Shown here: positions 12,775 to 24,930 of the stretch, in pieces
Layout: each line of letters opens with the position of its first letter
How positions within the stretch are numbered: the stretch's first letter is position 1
Source: Octopus vulgaris
Taxonomy: Eukaryota
Reading direction: 5' to 3'
DNA length: 64,000 nucleotides
NCBI GenBank assembly: GCA_951406725.2
Contig: OX597817.1
Location: forward strand, 107,632,001-107,696,000
The notes under the pieces: model-generated
What the model saw: the letters and a program-made list of their open reading frames with translations, nothing else
Database searches by the model: none
What the model was told of the DNA's origin: nothing
Made by a program: the position numbers and the translations under genes

Positions 12775-13659
12775 AATGTTTTTATATTGAGTTATAATGA
12801 AACAGCTTAATATTAAGTTGAAGGATAACTCAATACTTTTTATAACGTACTTATTAATTATGCATTTATGTAAGCAGTGGTGACATTGACTTTCAGTTTT
12901 CAGACTGTCAGCTTCCCTCAGTCCTAGGAATGCTAACAAGTTGAAACTTCAGGATCACTGTTACCACTATTCTTGTAAATGTATGATAAATATCTGATGT
13001 ATACACATCCTCACCTATATACTTTCATTTACAAATGAAAGTGTATCAAGTACATGATGGTGAAATTGTTTTTATTAGGAATCAGCTGAGGATTCACTCT
13101 GATGCTACTCAGAGTTTGACACCACATGTGTTTAAACAAGTAAAAATGAAGATGAATGATGTTGCCAAAATGACTGCTTCTCAGCTAACACTTATACAAA
13201 CACTCCCAAGTGTGTGTATATATGTATGCATATGAGTGTATGAGTACATAATTGATCGATTTTTGTTGTGGTGGTAATATTTATTACATTAGTGGTGAGT
13301 CTTTTACAGTGATAGCTAATGTCATTAAAGTTATATGAGTGAAGTAAAATCTCTTGGGGAAGACGTAAATAGCTACTCCTAGAAGTTCAGTCATCAGTAT
13401 TACCAAATACACATACACACACAACACAGATGTTAGAAGTAACATAGTTGTTTGCTGGACATACTGTATGAATATTTAACTATGGAAGAATTATCTGTTA
13501 AGAAATATATTTTATTATCTATCTGGTACAAAGATATAGTCTTTTACTCAATGCTTAGAAATAATTAGTTTGGCTGAAATAAGTGTCTTGCAAGAGAAAA
13601 ATGTAACCAACGTCAGTTTATTTTCTTTACTACATGCATATTAACAAAGTTAACTGGAT

Positions 13660-13699
<40 letters not shown>

Positions 13700-14069
13700 C
13701 ATGTGTGTGTGTATATTTTTGTATATGCACACATGTTTATATGTATGTGAAAACACAGACCCACTCATGTGCGCACGCATATGTATGTATGTATTATTTC
13801 AGATTTATGAAGTATTTATCTTCTACCTTTTGTAGTTGATCATTTTCTTCTTTTATTTTGAAATGTGGAGAACTTCATTGTGAGATGTGTAAAATAATGG
13901 AGTGGGGCAAAACCCCAACATTCAGGAATGAGAAGGAATTGGAGGTTAATGCAAATGTAAGTTGCAAAAAAAGAAAAAAAGAAAGTTGATACATTGGGTT
14001 ATGATACATAATAGCACTTCTATGCCACTTCCTTGTCTTCCATATTGGTGGCAAGTATGCCTTCATCAT

Positions 14070-14332
14070 TCCAAATACACTGATGGCATCTTGTCTTCAC
14101 ACACTGTCTTGCAGTTCTGAATACCTCATGCCTATGATCCCCATGTTATAGGACCTGCTTAAATCTCTTTTTTTTTTTGCCTCCTCACTAGCTAAGTATA
14201 CCTGTTGCCTCACTATCTTTTCAGCCATTTGGTAATGTTTCCTACTATCACCTTCCTTCAAGACTTTCCAAGCCTGTCTCTTCGCCTTTGCAGCCCTATC
14301 AATCTCTACCACCATATTTCAGGTTGCCTGGG
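14070..14332 (-). pseudogene. RTE LINE ORF fragment (endonuclease-RT linker)
   Basis: IWW..EIDRAAKAKRQAWK..KEG.S...YQ.A....RQQVYLA is typical of the RTE linker. Confidence 0.7.
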
Positions 14333-14345
14333 GCAATACATACAT

Positions 14346-14403
<58 letters not shown>

Positions 14404-14534
14404 GCGTGTCTATGTGTGCACCCTCTCCAATCTCACTGTCACCACTCTCCCTCACTCTCCCTAAGAAGCAGCCATGTTTCCCCACTAATGCAAGACTCCT
14501 TTCCTTGTCTCTCAGTATTACTCTCACCTCAGTT

Positions 14535-14702
14535 GGAGGGTTTTGTCTTGCATTAATAAGGGCAACCAGCTCTAGAAAGCATACCAAAGCAGACATCAGA
14601 GATTGGTGTAGTCTTCTGGACTTGCCAGTACTTGTGGAACTGTCCAACACATGCCAGCATAGAAAACAGATGTTAAATGATTATATTGATGATGATGATG
14701 AT
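14535..14702 (+). mobile_element. RTE 3'-tail copy, decayed
   Basis: AAGGGCAACCAGCTCTAGAAA...ATGCCAGCATAGAAAACAGATGTTAAATGA...(GAT)n. Confidence 0.7.
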
Positions 14703-14999
14703 ATATGATTCATATAGAAACCTATATATATGTATATTTAATATATATAATGAGTTAAAATCCTAGTCAGCTTTGCCTTTTATTCATCTCGGGTTGATAA
14801 AATATTGCTGTGGTTTAGTACTACTATCAATGATTCAAATACAACTGCTATTTCTGAATTTATGTGGAGATGAAATGCAGATACTGCTGATATACAGATT
14901 TTTCCAGATATTTCAAGTTTAGTAAGCTGTTTTTGCCTACATAATCTACTATTTGTCTATTCAAATGCTAGTTTTTCTCTTCATTCCTATGGAGTGCTT

Positions 15000-16140
15000 T
15001 TTGTTTTTGAAAGAGCTGGATGAAATTATTATAATTTATTTGATCTTCACATTCACCCTTGAGTGTTAAGTGGTGCCAGTGGCATTAGTAATAGTATTGA
15101 CAGTTAAAGGTTATGTTGTTAGTGGATATGTCATGATTCAGGTCCAAAAGAAGTACTGAATATAACATTATTACATGAAGTACAGTACCTGATAAAATAT
15201 CCAATTCTTTTTTGTGCACTATAAAGTGCCACTCTTCGGTTCTGTGAACTCCTTCTTAGTAACCCTGTATGGGTTCTTCAGAAACTACCCCTGAGTCCTT
15301 TTACTTTCTTTTTTGTTGTTGCTCATATTGGTATTTCCTTTTCAAATCATTGTACAGCAGCACGCAGCACGAGGCCAGTTTTTCATCTTCTGTAGCATAT
15401 TTCCATCGCTTTCTTGGGGTGGTCTTTTCCTTCCTCAACTGTTTCATTTTCCTGATCCTCCTGCTTGGTCCACACTTTCCTTTAGCTAATCGGATAATCT
15501 CTTTCACCCCAAATAATTCCTTTCTGTATTGTAAATTCAACTTGTTAACTTTCCCAGTTTCTCTACTGTAGAGTGTGTCATTTTATAAAGAGCTCAACAT
15601 ACCTTGTTTTCAAACTCTTTATATTTTCCTTTCTCATTAGCACAGCTGGCCACAAAACCCTCGGTTACCTCTGAGTACTATCTAATGCACCAGTTTCCTG
15701 CCTGGAAGAAGTCTTTGCTGTAGCATTTACTGATCAGCTGTGGTTTGAGTCTGGGGGTGATTTGCCATGTCTTTTATGATCAGATGATCCACACTGCTCT
15801 GTTCTCTTCTTACAAGTCTTTCCCTGATGTATCTTTAAACTTCTCTCTGTTGCAAAGTTCCTACATCACAGCTTGCATACAAAGTTGTCTGCACTTCGTT
15901 CGCTGTTTGAATGAATAGCTGTATTCATGTCCAGGGTCATTTCTGTGTTAATTGGTTTTGATTGATTTTAACTCCCCACTCTTGGTCAATCATGGGGCTG
16001 TCATTCTCATTGGTATCTGTTACAACATCTCACAAAGGCTGATTATTGTAAGTCCTCAGCCTCTGCCAGTCTTTCTTGGTGTTGATAGTCTTTCCCACCA
16101 GGAATGAAATGAAATGGAAATTGAACCTTCATTATAGGCT
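15000..16140 (-). pseudogene. HERO/R2-superfamily-like non-LTR retrotransposon relic
   Basis: GPSRR.R..KQLRKEK...RKRWKYATEDEK...LYNDLKRK followed by FLKNPYRVTKK.F.EPKSGTL, resembling the pre-RT region of HERO-like elements; many stops. Confidence 0.55.
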
Positions 16141-16604
16141 TAGTTTATGGGTAGCTTAATAGTACTCAATGTTGCTTGCGTGACTTAATGAAATATTTGT
16201 CACTTTCACAGCACTGGCACTGCTAATAGTGATAATTCTACTTTGCAGTACTTCCTTGACAGCTTGAAGGTTAGGTCTGTTGTAGGTTAAGTACTTTGTC
16301 CATAGAAATAATGTAGGCCCTAAAGCCAGGATATAAATTGTGGACTCTTTGTTGCTCTGTGTCCCTTCCCTGCTCATCATTTTCTTCATTTAATCAAGCT
16401 TCATTCTGTATGAATATACTTACTATAAAGGCATCACTGTAATACAAACAGCTAGATTTGAACACATGATAATTGTGTTAGTATCCAATGCCTGTAATCA
16501 CTGTAGCACTAATTATGATACTAATACCAATTATGTTGCAAAAAGAAAGAAAAATAAAAGGATGGAAAGAAAAGCCATTGTAAACTGTCTGTGTATTTAA
16601 GTAC

Positions 16605-16641
<37 letters not shown>

Positions 16642-17363
16642 TGATCATCATCATTTGTATTGTGGTTCCATAATACATTACACACTAAATCACTTGTGGT
16701 TGGAGGTAAGCTAGTTATGTCAGTGGCCTGTCTGAATATAGTTTGTGTATGAAGGTTCAGCTTTTGTCTGTATCTTTCTTTTTCTATTTTCACTGCTTAA
16801 CTAATCAGTCAGACTTAATTTCATTAGTCTTCTTTGGCTAGTAGCCTAGCTTAGCCAGAGGAAAGAAGAAAGAACGAAGTAGGATTTTTGTAAAGCTTTC
16901 ATGAGTGTGTGTTTTATATGTATTTTGCGTGTGTTGAAGAATATATATCACTGAAATATACACATTAAACATGCATAAAATACATATATAACACAGGCAT
17001 GTAATTGCATACAAATGTGTGCTCAGTACATCTGTGTTAGTATAATGTATATGAAATAACATACATATATGGATCTAAGTTTATGAATAACTTGTATTAG
17101 TGTGAAAGTAATGTTGCTATTTTTTATTAAAGCACACACACACACACACACACACAGTTTTAAACACATTTACTTGCTCAAACATGCATGTATGCATGTA
17201 CATACAACAATATCGTCTATATTGTCTACTCTTTTAAAATTTGCCATGAGCCTGAATAAAAATACGTATTTCACAAGCAAGAAACTTTTAGTGATTGCAT
17301 CACAGATTTAAAATGAAGTTTATCAACTGAATATATATATATATATATATGCATGCATATATA

Positions 17364-17397
<34 letters not shown>

Positions 17398-17413
17398 TAT
17401 ATATATATATACG

Positions 17414-17880
17414 TGCAGAAGTGACTGTGCAGTAAGAAGCTTGATTCCCAACTGCATGGTTCCGGGTTCAGTCCCACTGCATGGCACCTTGGGCAGGCGT
17501 CTTCTACTATAGGCTCAGGCTGACCAAAGCTGTGTGAGTAGATTTGGTAGACAAATTTAAACAAGCTTGTTGTCTATATATATATGTGCAGCCATTTGGT
17601 TTGCCAGTCCCCAGTAAAATCGTTGAATCCATGCTAGCATGGAAAGTGGACATTAAACGATGATGATGATGATGATGATATGTAAGTATTTGTGTCTGTG
17701 TTTGTCCCCCCACAACTGATGTTGGTATGTTAATGGTGACATAGCTTAGCAGTTTAGCAAAAACACTGTTAGAATAAGTACTAAGCTTACAAAGAATAAG
17801 TCCTGGGGTTAATTTATTTGACTAAAGGCGGTGCTCCAGCACGGCCATTGTCAAATGACTGAAACAACTAAAAGAATATA
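17414..17880 (+). mobile_element. SINE family A with a nested RTE-tail fragment (~17588-17680)
   Basis: Head, CORE-like CACCTTGGGCAGG and tail GACTGAAACAA are present and interrupted by CATGCTAGCATGGAAAGTGGACATTAAACGATGATG. Confidence 0.8.
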
Positions 17881-17996
17881 TATATATATATATCACGTGA
17901 TCACATGACCGACCAGGCTATCAGATGTTGCTACACATCACTGGTCACAATGCGCTTCGCATTGTTTTAGCCTTCAAATGACGAGTGAAAGAGTGA

Positions 17997-18200
17997 AAGG
18001 CAGTGAACTGACAGAATCATTAGCATGGCGGGTAAAATGCTTAGCAGCATTTTGTCCATCTTTACATTCTGAGATCAAATTCTACCAAGGTTGACTTTGT
18101 CTTTCATCCTTTCGGGGTTGATAAAATAAGTACTGGTCAAACATGGGCCAATGTAATTGACTTACCCACTCCCCAAAATTTGCCAAATTTTGAAGCCAAT
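17997..18200 (+). mobile_element. tRNA-derived SINE family B
   Basis: AAGGCAGTGAACTGACAGAATC...TTCAAATT-like B box...CTTTCATCCTTTCGGGGTTGATAAAATAAGTAC; many copies in the window. Confidence 0.8.
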
Positions 18201-18519
18201 ATTTCCCCTGGACAGCACAATGGCCAGACAGGATTTCATGGTAGAGTGCAAATGAACAACACAGCTTTGATTGATGGAGACCTTTACCTACAACTAGTGT
18301 GCAGTGCCAAGACAAAGGGACACAAGCATCCCCACCCCCTGACACACACATACACACACATGATTTCCATCTTTCAAGTTTCAGTGTGCCAAATCCACTC
18401 ACAAGCTTTCACTCACAAGCCTTGTGACTAAAACCTTGCAAGGCGAGTTGATTTGTGAAATACAGAAAATAGATGTAAAACGTTGCTGCTGTTTTGTGTG
18501 TGCGTGTGCGTGTGCATGT

Positions 18520-18558
<39 letters not shown>

Positions 18559-20687
18559 TGTGTATTGGAAGTCAGTGGCAGAATCAGTAAGAGAGTGTGG
18601 AATAAAAGCCACTTGTAATATTTGATTATGTTTCTTTACGTCCGGGTTGACTTTGCCTTTCATTCTTCTTTGGGGAGTAGTTAAAATAAGTCAGATGGTT
18701 GAAACCAATGGAAGAATACTGACAGATCAAATATTGTGTTCTTATCTAAACATTGCAAATTAGGTTTGAAAGAAAAATAGAAATAAATCATTTGATGTTT
18801 AAAGTAGTCAGCTTATAATGTAAGAATTAATCTTAAGAAGCATTAAAATATTTCCTCTCCAGTTAAAAACCTTTCTATTATTGCTTTTATAAAAATGAAA
18901 CGCAACAAAACTAAACAAAAATAAAAGAATAAACAAACAATCTAATATTGCTTTGGGTTTTTGTAGATTTGAAAATTCTAATTTATATTAATTTTTGTTT
19001 CTGCTATTAGCTTCTTTGATGTTAAATTTTAATTGAGTATTATAGTAAATGTATGTGGGCTAGTGGTTAGGGTGTTGGACTCAAGATCATAAGATCATGG
19101 TTTCAGTTTCTGGACTAGGTAGTGCATTGTTTTCTTGAGCAAGACACTTTATTTCTCATTACTCTAGTTTCCTTAGCTATTATTGGATTCCAGTAAATAG
19201 CTAGGAAGTTAACCTTGTGAAAGACTGGCATCCTGTTCAAGGTGACTGTTGTAATCTCAATCACTTACATCCCATAGGAACACTTCATAAGCCTTCTCAT
19301 TTTACACCCATTCACTTATTCTTTTTGCAAGTATATCATATCTGTGTTGAGCAAGAAGTTTTATTTTGAAATGCTTGTAAGCCTATTTTAACTATTGACT
19401 TCTTATAAAAGCTTAAATCAATTGATTTCTGATAGCAATAAGAACAAAAAGTGTCCATACAGTGGGATTGAACCTTTAACCATGTAGTTTTAAAGTTAAC
19501 TTCTTAACCACACAGCCATAAACTGTTTACATCTTAGCTACTCACCTTTCACTTTGACTATTCATGGTCTCATCATAAGAAACTAAAAAATATATAAATA
19601 GCAAATTGAAAGGAAAAATTGGGAAAGAGGAAAAATATTAAGTTGTGTCTTTTCTTTTCCCAAAAGTACTGGCGATGCATATAAAGTTGTACCAGGTGAG
19701 AAATGAAACTAGACCACGGGCTTGGTTTGCTGAAGACTTGCCTCTATTACAAATCTTTCTATATTTATCTTTAAATATCAAGTTAGAACAATGCTGTATG
19801 ACATCTGTTGTTAGCTTCTGGCAGATAAGTCTCATAAAACAGTTTTCTTCTCTTGTAACAAAATCTTCCTGGCGTGTCAGCATACATGCCTTTACTCCTC
19901 CAATATGTCTCGATCGATATATTTACTCTGATCATAGCTGAGATAATCAATATTTCTGATAAGCTTGTCTGAAGAAGTCTAATGTGAAGTTTCATTTTAC
20001 CATCAGTTGAACAATTTTGGCTTCCACTTACTCATAAAAATTATTTCTCTTTTATATTTAGCTCAATTGTATCAATTTTCCATTTGAATATTTTGCATTT
20101 GCTTTTTTCTATGGATGTTTTTTCTTACAAATCTGTGACTTAGGTGTCAAACTGAACTTGTGATAACCTCTTACAACCACTTAGGTGCTTTCAGGTTAGT
20201 GTCGAGCTAAACTCACCACAACCTAACTATATATATATATAAAATAAATATTCAATTTAATAAGAGATTTGAGGAAGCAGATATCTCAGTTTTGCTTCAG
20301 TAATTTAAATTTGCATTGAATGAAATCGACACTTTTCTTCAGTATTTGTGTAAGTGTGTGTGTTACCCGGTTTTTTTTTTTTTTTTTGTAGTAAGCCAAA
20401 AGGTCTTTTTCTAGGATTAACAATAGAAGTAGCCATAATGACAAATATGATACTTGAGAGACCTGCAATAGGAAATGATATTTTAGAAGGAAGGATATGC
20501 AATGACTGTGATGATGACAAGGATGATTAAAATGGTGGAAGCAATAATACTGAATATGTTTTCAGTGTCAGCATTTAGCAGAATTGGCAGTGTCATAAGA
20601 GCATCAAACAGAATGACTTGCAGCATTTGTTCTGGCTTTCTGTACCCTGGGTTCAAATTCTGCAAAGGTTAACTCTTTTTTTTCCTT

Positions 20688-20945
20688 CATTATTTACATT
20701 TGACGGATAGTTGCCCTCATCTTGTTTGTTTTTAACACATTTCGGCTGATATACTCTCTAGCCTTCATCAAGTATCTTGGGGGAAATTTTGAACCTGGGT
20801 TTTCATTCCTAAGGTATTTTTCAATGTTGTTGTTGTTATTATTTATTATTATTATTATTATGGGCATATGGCGTAGTGGTTAAGAGTGGGGGCTACTAAC
20901 CCCAAGATTCCGAGTTTGATTCCAAGCAGTGACATGAATAATAAT

Positions 20946-20979
<34 letters not shown>

Positions 20980-21156
20980 GGGAAAAATACCTTAGGAATG
21001 TGAACCCTGGTTCAAAATTTCCCCAAGACACCTGATAAAGGCTGGAGGGTATATTAGCTGAAACCCATTGACAACAAACAAGATGAGGACATATCTGTCA
21101 AATATAAATAATGTAAATAATGTACATAATTCCTCATCACTTAAATATAGAACTGT
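20688..21156 (+). mobile_element. Composite element: inverted PLE-like tail, tRNA-like head, (AAT)n and PLE-like tail with hammerhead motif
   Basis: 20688-20822 is the reverse complement of ~20982-21113; tRNA-like head at 20862-20935; CTGATAA-A-GGCTG...TAGCT-GAAA at 21032-21063. Confidence 0.75.
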
Positions 21157-21544
21157 ATTGTTTTATTTTTTTTATTAATAAATACATTATCCGCCCAAGG
21201 TGGTGGTTGGGAGGGTTGGTAGAGCATCAGGAAAAACGTTTTGTTCTAGTTGTTTGTGTTCTGACAGCAATGCCTGTGATGATGTTTGTCCCAATCTGTT
21301 TTGTCTCTTGCCCCTTCTGTTGGACAGTACTGTTAGCACAAGCAGAGGAGACTTGCAGGTATCAATAATTACTGATCTTTCATAAAATACTTTGCCCAAG
21401 CCTGCACCTTGAAGAGGAATTTTGCAGGTGTAGATCCATAGTGTCACAAGATACAGAGAGGGTTTGGAATACGGCAGTAGTCTTGAAGATATTTTACAGT
21501 GTTAATTGTGGCATTACATATATTTAAAGTGGTAGTTGTTTTAT

Positions 21545-21770
21545 TAACTCTTTAGCATTCAGATTATTCTGTCTTATGCAATGCTTATGTATTCACTTTG
21601 TTTTGAGTTAATTATGCATTATCTCACAGCTTCAAGACTTTAATGATGTGATTATTAACTTTTAGAATGAGATTGTAGTGTAGGTGTGAGAGGTTGAATC
21701 TGGCTAGTTTGAACATAAACAAGATACATATTTGGGTTGGATTTGGCCCAATTAAATGCTAAAGAGTTAA
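21545..21770. mobile_element. piggyBac-type MITE
   Basis: TTAACTCTTTAGCATT ... AATGCTAAAGAGTTAA termini. Confidence 0.75.
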
Positions 21771-21998
21771 ATGTATTTAGCAGTGGTAATTGTGATGTTA
21801 AATATATTTATAGTGGTAATTATATATTAAAATGTATCTGCAGTGGTAATTGTGGTATTAAATATATTTATAGTGGTTGCTAGTGTATTATCAAATATAT
21901 TTAAAGTGGTTCTTGGGGTATAATGGTAGCTGTTACATTAAATATATCTTCAGGGTAATTGATATGCTAAACATATTTACAGTGGTAGCTGTAGTGTT
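21771..21998. repeat. Diverged ~30-bp minisatellite
   Basis: Repeated AAATATATTTA.AGTGGTAATTGTG.TATT units. Confidence 0.7.
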
Positions 21999-23090
21999 AA
22001 GAATTTTTGTAGTATATATTGTCAGTATCTTTGATAAAGATATCTACAACAACAGCAGCAATATTGATGATATTTACAAAGTTGGCATTATTCATAAAGA
22101 TATTTATGACAGTCGTAAAAAAAGTTTTAATAGCATATAACAGAACTAATGAAAAAATGAATAATTTGAAATGTAAATTTTATAAAAGTAACTATATTTA
22201 CAAACACAAGTCTAATGAAGTAATATCTTTACCTGATAGTTTTCTTTATTTAACAGCATTGTTTTTTTGTGATTTTGATTTTACTATAATACAGTACAAA
22301 ATGGTTTAATGCAAAATAATTGTACTAGAAACCTTTTTAAACCTATTCTTTGTTGAATATATTTTTTTTGTGTTAACATACATGAATAGTACCATTAGTA
22401 ATGCACAGCTGGCTGGCTGTTACTTATTTCCAAGTAAACTAGATGATCTGCTTTTGCATTTTAACAATATTCTATGTGGTAAGAGTGAAGTAATTAACTC
22501 ATGACCAATTTCATATGTTAGCAAGTCACTTTGTGTCTTTTGTTCTTGCTTTTGTTGTTTTCTTTTTTCTAACTTTGCATCTATTTTTCCTCACAAAAGA
22601 ACATATGGTCATGTCAATATGGAGTTGGTTTTCTAGTCAAAATTTGTATCCTGTCACTATCTATGACAAAAACATTTAAAATACGATGTTCTGTACACTT
22701 GGGTGTAAATTGGTTGTAAATTGGTATCATGTAATTTATCTTATTGAGGTATATAAATTACTTTTAAAGTATAATTAAATCCTTCATCCTGGGACTGATC
22801 AATGATCTCAGAGTTCATTGTTCAGCTTTTTAGTGCCTGTGTGTCATAGGTTTTGTTTCTTGAGTCATGGACGCTGCTGGTGTAATTTTTGCCAGGGGAA
22901 AGAGAGAATCAGTAGACTCTTTATAAATGGAATATTTGAGAGAGCTTTTGGTATAGTCTTGTTAGCTGAAAACCATAAATAGAAATATATGACAGAAAAA
23001 AAGTGAGAATAATAATATTGGTAGAAGGCCTGAAATTATTGGGGAAGAGGTTAGTTTGTAATATCAGCCCCAGTGTTCAACTGGTACTTC

Positions 23091-23418
23091 CTTTCATTAT
23101 TTACGTTATTTACAGTTAATGGATATTTGTCCTCATTTTGTTTGTTGTTAACATGTTTCGGCTAATATACCCTCCAGCCTTCATCAGGTGTCTTGGGGAA
23201 ATTTCGAATAATAATAATAATAATAATAATAATGACATCGAAAAATACCTTGGGAATGAGAATTCAGGTTCAAAATTTCCCTAAGACACCTGATGAAGGC
23301 TGGAGGGTATATCAGCCAAAACGTTGTGTTAACAACAAACAAGATGAGGACAAATATCTGTCAATTGTAAATAATGTAAAAACTGTTTACAATTCCTCAT
23401 CTCTTAAATATGGAACTG
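23091..23418 (+). mobile_element. Second copy of the hammerhead-tailed PLE-like element, inverted arrangement, with TSD
   Basis: Inverted arms around (AAT)n; TGGTACTTC duplicated at 23082-23090 and 23419-23427; it splits a family-B SINE. Confidence 0.8.
23286..23330 (+). ncRNA. Minimal type-I hammerhead ribozyme motif with a G12A lesion
   Basis: ACAC-CTGATGA-A-GGCTG-loop-CAGCC-(A)AAA-CG-TT-GTGT; the antisense copy at ~23150-23191 keeps CTGATGA and GAAA intact. Confidence 0.65.
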
Positions 23419-23479
23419 TGGTACTTCTTTTATTGACTCAGAAAAGATGAAAGACAAAAATCAACCTTGTCTTAATAAT

Positions 23480-23695
23480 AGTGGTTTCAAATTTTGGCAT
23501 AAGGCCAGTTGTTTTCTTGGGGAGGAGTCTGGTCTACATTGACCCCAATACTCAGCTGATATGTATTTTATAGGCCCCGAAAGGATGAAAGGTAAAGTTG
23601 ACCTCTGCAGCATTTGAATTACTACATAAAGATTGTTGAAATGCTGCTAAGCATTTTGCCTGGCGTGCTAACGATTCTACCAGTTTGCTGCCTTA
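23480..23695 (-). mobile_element. SINE family B
   Basis: Reverse complement of the 17997 copy; flanked by GAT/AAC/AAT runs. Confidence 0.8.
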
Positions 23696-24299
23696 ATGAT
23701 GATGATGATGATAACAACAACAACAACAATAATAATAATAGTTCTTAATTTATGCACAGGGCCAACAATTTTGAAAGGAAGGAGGTTACTCAGCATCAAA
23801 AAACTGAGCCAAACTTTATTGATATGAAATAAGTATGGGATTAGATGTACTCTAAGAAGAGCTGAAATAATTAAATCTCAAAAGATTAAGTAATGAGAAA
23901 ATTAGAACACAACTAACAATGCAAGCACTTAGGAATAGATAAAGTTGTTAAAACATAACATACAGAAATGAAAGGCAGGGTTTGAAAGAAGTATGACTGG
24001 AGGGTTAATAAAAACTGAACTTGGTGCTAGAAATAAGATTATAAATATATTAGCTGTCCTAATCATAAATTACAGTTTTGCTGTTATAAATTGAAAATTA
24101 AGGGAACTAAAATGTCTAAATATAAAATATCCAGAAAATTACTCTGAGCACAGTTCTGAAGTTCATGAGGCTTTACAAATAGAGAAATGCACCTAGAAGC
24201 AAGTAAAGGTAGTTTGATTAGTATAAAAATATATTATAAAACAAAACAAAAATTTTTTAAATTAAGAAAAAAGTAACTTTTATCTGTGTGTATTTTAGA

Positions 24300-24930
24300 A
24301 AACAATAAAGTACAAACTAAAAGCTAGATATACTTGTGGGATAGGGAGAATTATAAAATAACTGAAATGATTTAGAAAAGCATATCAAAAGATAAAATGA
24401 AACTAGAATTCCAAAAATGGGAAGAAGATCTTCTTTATGATAGCATCTTGCAAGTCTGGATGTAGAGAAATGAGCTAATTATGAAAGTCAACAAGGGCTC
24501 AAAGAAATCTCTTCTCTCACATCAAAAATGGAAAGTTTAATAATATTAACATAACATCAATATTTAGCTACAAATATATAAAAAAAAAAACCTATTAAAA
24601 TAAAACTTGAGGTTAAATTAAATCAACATTATGAAAGAATCGACTTTATCATTTCTAAGTTCTAGTTTTTGCAAGAAGCAGGAATATATCCAAGTATATG
24701 ACAGGGTAGATGGTTATATCGATTGGGATATATATTGACACATCAACATCAAAACTGAAAAGAAATGGTATAAGCAGGTACTGAAACTAATATGTCACAG
24801 GTCACAGTGACATAGCTGAAATGGTTGGGTGGGTGTATTACTAAGAATGTCAATGTAAATTACTCATAATGTATCATAATAAAAGTGAGAAAAGAAAACC
24901 TGTGCCCTCTGATAGACATCTAGTCCTTTC
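24300..24930 (+). pseudogene. R4/Dong-like non-LTR retrotransposon C-terminal relic
   Basis: ~24630-24790 translates to ERIDFIIS...EYIQVYDRVDGYIDW.IY*HINIKTEKKWYKQ, matching the CCHC/'EY..RHD.V..YIHW...WY.H.P' region of R4/Dong elements. Confidence 0.6.

Noticed and set aside
13035-13235. 66-aa ORF of normal composition
   Set aside because: No recognisable domain and no convincing splice sites.
19638-20230. Overlapping ORFs with 'HCSNLIFKD', reminiscent of a hAT transposase motif
   Set aside because: Single weak motif with no TIRs or further motifs seen; probably an old TE but unassignable.
20862-20935. Functional tRNA gene
   Set aside because: No good acceptor stem, no oligo-T terminator, and followed by (AAT)n; treated as a SINE-type head.
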